Source: a virus
Taxonomy: Duplodnaviria; Caudoviricetes
Reading direction: 5' to 3' (one strand)
IMG/VR virus record: IMGVR_UViG_3300007734_000589
Coordinates: 1 to 32,938 of that record
Length of the DNA stretch: 32,938 bases
A program made the position numbers and the translations under genes. Below are positions 17,616 to 25,906 of this stretch, in pieces. The notes beneath the pieces were generated by a model. That model saw only the letters and a program-made list of their open reading frames with translations. It made no database searches and was not told where the DNA came from. Position 1 is the stretch's first letter, and each line of letters starts with the position of its first letter.

Positions 17616-19468
17616 ATGCCAATAAACAAATTACAATTTAGACCAGGAATAGATAAACAAAACACCCAATACGGCGCAGAAGGTGGATGGGTCGATTGCG
17701 ATAACGTGCGTTTTAGGTATGGTGTTCCTGAAAAGATAGGTGGATGGGAACCAGCCGTAGGTAATAACCTAATAGGCGTTGCACGAGACATTCACACCTA
17801 TACAGATTTAGCTGGAGACTCATTAGCTGCCATTGGCACAAATAGAAAACTATATTTATATTACGATAATAACTTTTACGACATCACACCTTTATCTACC
17901 ACTATCCCCGCAGTATTCTCATTTACTTCCGGCACAACTATAGTTGATGTTACAGCAACTTCTAATGGTGCAGTAGCAGGAGACTTTGTTACATTTTCAG
18001 GTGTATCTGGAGTTAATGTTGTAAATATTACTAATGCAAACATGGCTCAAGAATTTGAGATTCAAGAAATTAAAACAGCTAATACATTTACAATTGATGT
18101 TGCATCTATTGCAACACCAGGAGCTGTAACTGCTTCTGGAACAGCAAGTGGCGCTGCATTTCAAATTAACGTAGGTGCAGATATTACAACTGTTGGTAAC
18201 GGATGGGGAGCCGGGGCTTGGGGATTTTCTACTTGGAATACACCAAGACCATCAGGGGTTATTACAGCAAATCCAAGAGTTTGGAAAATAGATAACTTTG
18301 GTGAAGATATTATTGCAACGATCGTTGGTGGTAAGACCTATTATTTTGATACTTCTGCATTTTTACCTGCAAGAAATACTAGAGCTACATTATTATCTAA
18401 TGCTCCAACACAATCTAATTACATGACAGTATCTCCAAGAGATAGGCATATTATATTCTTTGGTACACAAACAACACCAGGCACAACAGCAACTTATGAT
18501 CCAATGGCTGTGTTATTCGGTTCGCAAGAATCTATTACTGACTTTATACCTAATGCAACTAACACCGCAGGATTTCAAAGGTTATCTTCAGGAAACCAGA
18601 TTGTAACTGCAGTTCCAACAAGAGGAGATATATTAATATTAACTAATACATCAGCTCATTCTATGCAGTTTGTTGGCCCACCATTTACATTCTCATTTAA
18701 ACAAATTGGTACGAACTGTGGAGCTTTAGGAATACACTCTGCTGTAGAAGCGGAAAACGTTGTCTACTGGATGTCGGATGGTGCATTCTATCTGTTTGAC
18801 GGGGTTGTAAAAGAAATTCCATGTTCAGTACAAGATTATGTATTTGGAGATTTAAATTCAAATGAACATTCTGTAATTTATGCTGGAGTTAATCTTGAGT
18901 TTTCAGAAGTGAATTGGTTCTATACATCAGCTAACTCTACTGAAATAGATAGAGTTGTAACTTATAATTATCTTGAAAGAGTATGGACCATTGGAACTTT
19001 AGCTAGAACAACTTGGGCTTCTAAAGATATATTTGCAAATCCTTTAGCTACTAAATATATGCCAAATTCTACAACACTTGCACAACCAACAGTTATTGGT
19101 TTAACAGCAGGTGTATCTACATTATACGATCAAGAAAAAGGAGTGAATGATGATACAGGTCCAATAACAGCGTTTATTACTTCAGGTGACGTGGATATTG
19201 TAGATGGAGATAACTCTATGTTTATTAAACGATACATACCTGATTTTAAGAATCAACAAGGAGCATTAATATGCAATTTTTAGTTAGACAATATCCAGGT
19301 TCAGCTCAAACTGTTGCATCAAGTACAGTTGTAGATTCAACTACAACTAAAGTCGACATGCGCGCGCGAGGACGTCAGGTTGCAGTTAAAATTATAAGTA
19401 CTGAAGTTGATACTAAATGGAGGTACGGAACTCTTCGTATAGATGGTCAACAGGATGGTTTAAGATAA
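17616..19468 (+). CDS. Putative tail nozzle / DNA stabilisation protein (P22 gp10 / T7 gp12-like), frameshifted near 19270
   Basis: F.PGI.K..T.Y..EGGW.D.DNVRFR.G.PEKIGGW start; beta-propeller-like body; the 19271-19468 ORF supplies the expected C-terminus (RARGRQ...WRYGTLRID...DGLR). Confidence 0.7.
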
Positions 19469-19641
19469 TGGCTAAACTAGATCAACCAAGACTTGCAAAC
19501 GCTACGCCTGTATATAGTCAACAACAGATGGATCAGATTATTAGAACACTAGAGCAGATGGTGTTACAATTAAATAATACCTTTACACAAGATGTTCAAG
19601 ATGCTAATGAAGCAGAAGCTTGGTATTTTATTAGAGTATAA
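19468..19641 (+). CDS. Small virion-module protein (57 aa)
   Basis: TAATG coupling at 19466-19470; MAKLDQPRLANATPVY followed by a helix. Confidence 0.6.
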   Translation: MAKLDQPRLANATPVYSQQQMDQIIRTLEQMVLQLNNTFTQDVQDANEAEAWYFIRV

Positions 19642-19647
19642 AGAATA

Positions 19648-19983
19648 ATGTCTAACGTATATAAAAACGCAATATATAATCCAACAACAACAGCTAATAC
19701 AACTGTCTATACTTGCAACGCTACGGCAAGAGCGGTCATTCAAACCATTCAATTAACTAATCAGTCAGGTAGTCATACAGTAGAAGTTTATATTTATGAT
19801 TCTTCTACAACAACTACATCAGAAATAGCTCATATTACTTTAGGTTCTAACTCTACAGAAAATGCTGCTAAAGGACCTATTATTTTAGAAGAAGGTGATG
19901 CACTATTACTTTCTTGCACTAATACAGTAGTATCAGGAATTGTTTCTATACTAGAAGTGAATCGAGGATCGTTGACAAGGTAA
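19648..19983 (+). CDS. Putative virion structural protein
   Basis: Beta-rich; T.VYT and ILEEGD.L motifs. Confidence 0.6.
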   Translation: MSNVYKNAIYNPTTTANTTVYTCNATARAVIQTIQLTNQSGSHTVEVYIYDSSTTTTSEIAHITLGSNSTENAAKGPIILEEGDALLLSCTNTVVSGIVSILEVNRGSLTR

Positions 19984-20156
19984 TGGAAGAGATAAAAATA
20001 GTCTGTGATTCAAAAATCACAATTAGAAATATAAAGACAGGTCATGTCTACAAAAACGAAGAAGAGGTTAAAGCAGATCTAAATGCTAAACCTGAAGATA
20101 TTAAACGTGATGTTAAAATATTAGTTCCAGATATATCTTTATTTAATAAATCATGA
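19983..20156 (+). CDS. Small hypothetical protein (57 aa)
   Basis: MEEIKIVCDSKITIRNIKTGHVYKNEEEVKADLNAKPEDIKRDVKILVPDISLFNKS*; TAATG and ATGA overlaps with both neighbours; below the ORF-track cutoff. Confidence 0.7.
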   Translation: MEEIKIVCDSKITIRNIKTGHVYKNEEEVKADLNAKPEDIKRDVKILVPDISLFNKS

Positions 20157-20749
20157 TTTCAGGAGATAGTTCAGAATACGAATTTTTTGATGATGCTATA
20201 AAGTTATTAAAAAATCCAATAGGTGTAAGTGTTGAAATAGGTGTTCGTCGTGGAATGGGAACTAAATGTATTATTGATGCCTATAGAAAATATCATCCTA
20301 GTATACAACTAAAACATTTAGGAATAGATCCTTATGGTAATATTCTTTATAGAACATCAGATAATGATAAAGGTGGACGATTAGATTATACTAATAATAT
20401 GAAACAAGATGCATTACTTGCAATTATAAAAGAATATCCAGAATTTAATTTTATCAATTTAGAAGATTCAGAATTTTTTAAAAGATATGCAGATGGTTAT
20501 CCTGTTTATGATTTTGAAAAGAAACTATTAACAAAATATGAAACAGTTCATTTTGATGGACCTCATGATACAGAATCTGTAATGAAAGAAGTTGATTTCT
20601 TTTTAGACAGAAGACCTGAACAATGTGTGTATATATTTGATGATATTGATACTCATGATATTGACAAGATAGGTGAACATCTGATATGGAATGGTTTTAA
20701 AGAATTTAAAAAAGGTAAGAGGAAAGCAGTATTTATAAATGAATCCTAA
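20153..20749 (+). CDS. Class I SAM-dependent methyltransferase (Methyltransf_24-like)
   Basis: VEIGVRRG motif I, GIDPY, VHFDGPH, IFDD. Confidence 0.8.
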   Translation: MISGDSSEYEFFDDAIKLLKNPIGVSVEIGVRRGMGTKCIIDAYRKYHPSIQLKHLGIDPYGNILYRTSDNDKGGRLDYTNNMKQDALLAIIKEYPEFNFINLEDSEFFKRYADGYPVYDFEKKLLTKYETVHFDGPHDTESVMKEVDFFLDRRPEQCVYIFDDIDTHDIDKIGEHLIWNGFKEFKKGKRKAVFINES

Positions 20750-21689
20750 AGGTGGGACAGAGATATTAAAGGAGCAGTTAATCGCTCAACTAGAACCAGG
20801 TTCTATTGATGGAATTAATCTTATTGGTTCTATTTGTCATCCGTCACTTGTAGAAAAAGATAAAACAAATATTCTTTGGCAACATTTAAGTTATGATCAA
20901 CCGAATGTACAATACATGCGTGATCGTAAATTTGTAGATTCTATTGATTACTTTATTTATGTAAGTTCTTGGCAATACAATAAATTTAGAGAACAATTCC
21001 AAATACCTGAATATAAGTCATTTGTAATTAAGAATGCAACTCATCCATTTGAATCAGTTCCTAAACCAATTTTAAATACTATTCCACAAACTAAAATTAA
21101 ATTATTATATAGTTCAACTCCATGGCGTGGACTTGCAGTTCTTATAAAAGCAATAGAAATACTAAATAAAACTAGAGATGATTTTGAAGTAGATATTTAT
21201 TCTTCAACTAAAATATATGGTTCACAATTTGAAGAAAATGAAAAAGGAAAATTTGATGAGTTATTTAATAAATGTAAGAATACACCAAATGTCAATTACC
21301 ATGGGTATGCAAGTAATGAAGAAATAAGAAAAGCATTGTTAACAACACACATTTATTCTTATCCATCTATCTTTGCAGAAACATCTTGTCTTGCTATCAT
21401 CGAAGCGATGAGCGCGGGCTGTCATGTGGTGACAACGAATTACGGAGCGTTGCCAGAAACATGTGGAGAATTTGCAACAATGATTGAATTTGATTCTAGC
21501 GGACAAAATTTAATTGAAAGATATGCAGATACATTAAACTCTGTAATTGACAATTATAAAAATGGTCTATATAAAGAGGACCTAGAAATGCAAACGAAAT
21601 ATTATAATAAATATTATTCTTGGGAAATAAGAATAAGAGAATGGATTAACTTTTTAAATTATGCCAGAAGCCAAAAAAAAGCACATTAA
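20739..21689 (+). CDS. Glycosyltransferase, GT-B fold (GT4-like)
   Basis: YSSTPWRGL and YPS.F.ETSCLAIIEAMSAG (E-x7-E) followed by GALPET. Confidence 0.85.
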   Translation: MNPKGGTEILKEQLIAQLEPGSIDGINLIGSICHPSLVEKDKTNILWQHLSYDQPNVQYMRDRKFVDSIDYFIYVSSWQYNKFREQFQIPEYKSFVIKNATHPFESVPKPILNTIPQTKIKLLYSSTPWRGLAVLIKAIEILNKTRDDFEVDIYSSTKIYGSQFEENEKGKFDELFNKCKNTPNVNYHGYASNEEIRKALLTTHIYSYPSIFAETSCLAIIEAMSAGCHVVTTNYGALPETCGEFATMIEFDSSGQNLIERYADTLNSVIDNYKNGLYKEDLEMQTKYYNKYYSWEIRIREWINFLNYARSQKKAH

Positions 21690-22434
21690 ATTATTCGTAG
21701 CAACACCAGCATTTGGTCATATGGTTACTACAAACTATATGAACAGTATGATGAAATTTGTATCTCATTCACATCCAAGACTTGCTGTATCTACAGCATT
21801 GCATCTTCAATCGGGGATGGCGTTAGTTACACAAGCTAGAAATAATTGTGTTGCATCTTTTTTAGCTTCTGATTGTTCACATATGTTATTTGTGGATTCA
21901 GATATTGGATTTGAACCAGATGCTGTTTATAGATTATTAGAAAAAGATGTACCATTATGTTTAACTCCGTATCCAGTAAAAGGTTATGGACCTAATCATC
22001 AATTACAATTTATTGTACACTTTCCAGATAGAAATAATGTCAAAGTAGAGAAAGATGGTTTTACAGAAATTACTGCAGGGCCAACTGGATTTATGATGAT
22101 TAAAAGAGAAGTGTTTACTAAACTAGCAGAAGTATATCCAGAGAAGAAAACTGTTAATAAACAGTTGGTAGGTAATAAAGTAGAGGTTATGAAAGATGGT
22201 TGGTATACCTTCTTTGAAACTGCACAAGATCCTGAAAATGGTTATCTTGGAGAAGATATATCTTTCTGTACATTATGGGTTAAAGCAGGTGGTAAAATAT
22301 ATGCTGATGCTATGAGTCCATTAACTCATTTTGGCTCACATTCTTACCATGGTAGCTTAAGTTTAATGTTTCAAAAGAAAGATAAGGCAGAAGCTAACGT
22401 CCAATCTTTAGTTGACGAAAAGAAGAAATCATAG
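21661..22434 (+). CDS. Glycosyltransferase, GT-A fold (GT2-like)
   Basis: VATP, ARN, LFVDSD (DxD), TGFMMIKREVF, GED..FC. Confidence 0.75.
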   Translation: MPEAKKKHIKLFVATPAFGHMVTTNYMNSMMKFVSHSHPRLAVSTALHLQSGMALVTQARNNCVASFLASDCSHMLFVDSDIGFEPDAVYRLLEKDVPLCLTPYPVKGYGPNHQLQFIVHFPDRNNVKVEKDGFTEITAGPTGFMMIKREVFTKLAEVYPEKKTVNKQLVGNKVEVMKDGWYTFFETAQDPENGYLGEDISFCTLWVKAGGKIYADAMSPLTHFGSHSYHGSLSLMFQKKDKAEANVQSLVDEKKKS

Positions 22435-22440
22435 TAAAAT
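22412..22440 (+). promoter_or_regulatory. Sigma70-like promoter for the acyltransferase / ejection-protein operon
   Basis: TTGACG-17 nt-TAAAAT. Confidence 0.65.
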
Positions 22441-22477
22441 CAACGTTTCGGTATATCTACAAGCTTAACCGACTTGC

Positions 22478-22918
22478 ATGGACTTCATATTTGATAAGGA
22501 TAAACTTAAAGATATGCACGAGGTTATATCTTTGTATAAGAAGTTTGATAAGTATAAAGATTTAACAAGAGAAGATCTTTACTATCACATACTTCCTTCC
22601 TTCAAATTGAATCAATATAAAATACATAAAGATGAAAATATTATGATTGCTTTTACAAATTGGGCTTATTTAAATAATGAAGTAGAAAAACGCTTTATTT
22701 TAACAGGTTTAATTGAAGATAATGAATGGAAAAGCGGTAATAATCTATGGCATATTGATACAGTTTGTGTTAAAAACATTAAAAAAGTAATGGCTTGGAC
22801 TAAACAACATTTTACAAAAGTGTTAGGTTTAAACCAACCTATTAACTGGTTAAGGATTTCAGATGATAATAAAGTTTATAGAAAAGCTACAAGATTCACT
22901 AAAAGGAGTTGGTTATAA
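22478..22918 (+). CDS. HlyC/CyaC-like (RTX toxin-activating) acyltransferase homologue
   Basis: ILP...NQY, AF.NWAYL..E.E and W.SG..LW.ID align collinearly with HlyC-family motifs. Confidence 0.75.
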   Translation: MDFIFDKDKLKDMHEVISLYKKFDKYKDLTREDLYYHILPSFKLNQYKIHKDENIMIAFTNWAYLNNEVEKRFILTGLIEDNEWKSGNNLWHIDTVCVKNIKKVMAWTKQHFTKVLGLNQPINWLRISDDNKVYRKATRFTKRSWL

Positions 22919-23886
22919 TGGGTAAGGTATTTGAATCAATTACAAAACCAATAGCAAAAGTATTAGATAAAATAGTACCTAATGAAATTAAACCAGCGTT
23001 GCCTTTTGTTGCAGCTGCTTTACCATTTTTAGCACCAGGTATTGGATCAGGTATAGGTAGTTTATTTACAAGTAATCCTATGTTAGCTAGAGCAATAGGA
23101 AGTGGCGCTATAAATTTATTTTCGCAAGCTTCTCAAGAAGGAGCAGCACAAAGAGGAATTAGTCCTGTAAGTTTAGGTATAGCTTCTTTAACAGGTGCAT
23201 TAGCTTCGCCTGGAACACCAGGAGAAATGACAGCTGCAGAACAATTAAGGGGATTAAAAACAGTTGGTGAAGTAGGAATAGAAACAGGACAAAATTTAAG
23301 TACTTTAGATACTCTTAAAAATTTAGGATTAGAAGCAACTGCAACAGGTTCCGAATTTTTAAGTAAAGGAGTTATTGGACCAACTACTCCAGTAACAAGT
23401 GGTCAATTATTTACAACTGCTAAATCTTTAGTGCCAGGACAATTATCTGCTTCTGGTGAATTAGCTTATAATGCTGCTTTAGATGCAAACAAAAAATATC
23501 AAGATCAGTTAGCAGCAATGGGTCAAACAGCTTCAGCAAATAGACAACAACAAATAGATTATATTAGATCAGCTATGTTATCAGCTGGATTTAATGATGA
23601 TGAAATAGCTAGTGCTATAACTAGATCAGGATTCCAATATGGTGGTTATGTAGGATATGCTAAAGGCGGAATTATGGATTTAGGTGGAATGGAATTAGAT
23701 TATAGGGCTAAAGGTGGATTTGTTCCAATTGGTAAAAGAGAACGAGCAGATGATGTTCCTGCAAGATTAAGTAAAAATGAATTTGTATTTACTGCAAAAG
23801 CTGTTAGAAATGCAGGTGGTGGGGATATTAGAAAAGGTGCAAAAAGAATGTACCAAATTATGAATCAACTAGAGGCAAGAGCTTAA
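22918..23886 (+). CDS. Putative internal virion / ejection protein
   Basis: SD AGGAG and TAATG coupling; hydrophobic Gly/Ala-rich N-terminus; C-terminal AKGG..ADDVPARLSKNEFV domain. Confidence 0.6.
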   Translation: MGKVFESITKPIAKVLDKIVPNEIKPALPFVAAALPFLAPGIGSGIGSLFTSNPMLARAIGSGAINLFSQASQEGAAQRGISPVSLGIASLTGALASPGTPGEMTAAEQLRGLKTVGEVGIETGQNLSTLDTLKNLGLEATATGSEFLSKGVIGPTTPVTSGQLFTTAKSLVPGQLSASGELAYNAALDANKKYQDQLAAMGQTASANRQQQIDYIRSAMLSAGFNDDEIASAITRSGFQYGGYVGYAKGGIMDLGGMELDYRAKGGFVPIGKRERADDVPARLSKNEFVFTAKAVRNAGGGDIRKGAKRMYQIMNQLEARA

Positions 23887-23887
23887 T

Positions 23888-24721
23888 ATGGCAGAAATAC
23901 CTACACCTACACAAGTCACACAAACATTACCTTCACCATATTTAACAGGTGCATTTACTGCATTAGGTGAAAGATTATTACCTTTATTATCAACTTCTGC
24001 CGCGATTAACACTGCATCTTATGCACAACAAGTTGCACCCGAAACTCAATTACAACAACAAGCAAGAGGACTTGCTGGTGGATTAGGTGGTTATCAACAA
24101 TATTTAACACAAGCTGAACAATATTCTGGACCACAAGCTTATCAACAGTTTATGTCTCCTTATCAACAAGAAGTTATTTCAACTACACTCTCTGAATTTG
24201 ATAGACAAAGACAAATGGCTATGGCTCAACAACAAGCACAAGCTGTTGCGGGAGGTGCATTTGGTGGAGCTAGAGAAGGAGTTCAAAGAGCAGAATATGG
24301 TGCACAAACTTTACAAGATAGAGCAGCATTACAAGCTCAATTATTACAACAAGGATTTGGTCAAGCACAACAACAAGCAGCACAAGCTTTTCAACAGCAA
24401 CAAGGTTTAGCTAGTTTACAACCACAACTATTAGGACAACAAATTGGAGCTATGACTGCTTTAGGTCAACAACAACAAGCTCAACAACAAGCAGTATTAG
24501 ATGCTCAAGCTACTGCTGCTAAAGAAGCTGCATTTGAACCTTACACTAGATACGGTTTAGTTGGTCAACAATTAACAGGACTTGCTGGAGGATTTCCAAC
24601 ACAAGTTCAAACATATCAACCAACACAACCAGCTAGTCCATTACAAACTTTACTAGGAACACTTACTGGAGTTGGAGGTCTAGCCGGTAAAGTATTAGGT
24701 AAAGGAGGAATATTTGGTTAA
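23888..24721 (+). CDS. Putative Gln-rich DNA pilot / ejection protein
   Basis: Q/A-rich coiled coil, FMSPYQQEVI and GAFGG.R motifs, hydrophobic Gly-rich C-terminus. Confidence 0.65.
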   Translation: MAEIPTPTQVTQTLPSPYLTGAFTALGERLLPLLSTSAAINTASYAQQVAPETQLQQQARGLAGGLGGYQQYLTQAEQYSGPQAYQQFMSPYQQEVISTTLSEFDRQRQMAMAQQQAQAVAGGAFGGAREGVQRAEYGAQTLQDRAALQAQLLQQGFGQAQQQAAQAFQQQQGLASLQPQLLGQQIGAMTALGQQQQAQQQAVLDAQATAAKEAAFEPYTRYGLVGQQLTGLAGGFPTQVQTYQPTQPASPLQTLLGTLTGVGGLAGKVLGKGGIFG

Positions 24722-25896
24722 TGAGTAAAATTTTAAGAAGACCAATGTTTCGTGGAGGATCAGTAAATAGTTATAATACAGGTATAACATCAGGTCTTGG
24801 TGAAAAAGGATACGCGGACGGCGGTAGAGTTGGTGCTAAAGTAGGTGGATTTTTTAATTTTTCTAAACCAGGTGGTTTATTACCAACAGCATCTTATACA
24901 GGCGGAGTTCCACAAGGTGGATTAACAGGACTAACTCAAGCATATCAAGCTTTAGCTCCTTATATTCCTGGACCTACAAGTTTAACTAAAGGTCTTGGTC
25001 CATTATCAATAGGCGCTGCACCTTTTTATATTTTTGAAGAAGATCCATTAAGAGAAAAACCAGAAGAACAACAACTTCAAACAACAGCAGAAAAATTACA
25101 AAAAGAATATTTTGGACAACCAAGAAGAAAATTAATGGAAGACATTATGTCTGGAACAAGATCAGAAGCAAAATCACCTTATGAAGGATTTGATTATGGT
25201 GCTGCTAAAAGAGAAGCACAACAAGCTGAAGCAAGATATACAGGAGCTGATAAGTTAGGAAGTACCGAAGAAGATTTAGCATTTGCAACTGGAATGGGTG
25301 AACAAAAAATGAAACCAGCAGCTGGTAGAATAACAACAGATGATAATGAAATAGATATTGAAGATGTTCTTAATGAAAAGAAAATTAAAAAAGAAGCTGA
25401 TTTATACGCAAGATTATTAGGTGGTGAAGAAGCTAAATCACAAGCTCTTTATGATACTTTACTTGCTGCATCTCCTGCTTTCTTTAAAGGTAAAAACTTA
25501 AGAGAAGCTGCGCCAGAAGTACTAACCGCTATAAATAAATCAGGAGCTTTTGATAAACCAAGAGATATTAAACAAGCAGCTGCACAGTTAGCAATTCAAA
25601 GAAGAATAGCTATTGAAACAGCTAAAGCTAAAGGAGAAGATCAATTAACTAGATTAGAAAGATCATTAGCTGCAAAAGAAACTGTTGGATCTAAATTAAA
25701 AGGTTATGGAATAGATCCAAAAGAAGATTATTATGGATCAACAACTGCTGATGTTAATTTAAATACTCTAACTGCAAAAAAAGTTTATAGTATAGGAGAT
25801 AAATTATATTTAGCTGTTCCTAGTCAACAGATGATAAAAGATCCAGTTACAGGCCAACAAAGATTAAGAGTTGCTAAATTAGCTAAATTATCATAG
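24721..25896 (+). CDS. Putative ejection protein
   Basis: MSKILRRPMFRGG start; lies between the pilot-like and large internal protein genes. Confidence 0.55.
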   Translation: MSKILRRPMFRGGSVNSYNTGITSGLGEKGYADGGRVGAKVGGFFNFSKPGGLLPTASYTGGVPQGGLTGLTQAYQALAPYIPGPTSLTKGLGPLSIGAAPFYIFEEDPLREKPEEQQLQTTAEKLQKEYFGQPRRKLMEDIMSGTRSEAKSPYEGFDYGAAKREAQQAEARYTGADKLGSTEEDLAFATGMGEQKMKPAAGRITTDDNEIDIEDVLNEKKIKKEADLYARLLGGEEAKSQALYDTLLAASPAFFKGKNLREAAPEVLTAINKSGAFDKPRDIKQAAAQLAIQRRIAIETAKAKGEDQLTRLERSLAAKETVGSKLKGYGIDPKEDYYGSTTADVNLNTLTAKKVYSIGDKLYLAVPSQQMIKDPVTGQQRLRVAKLAKLS

Positions 25897-25906
25897 GTGA
25901 ACTACT

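Noticed and set aside
19972-19999. TTGACA at the end of 19648-19983 as a promoter
   Set aside because: No convincing -10 box at 16-18 nt spacing.
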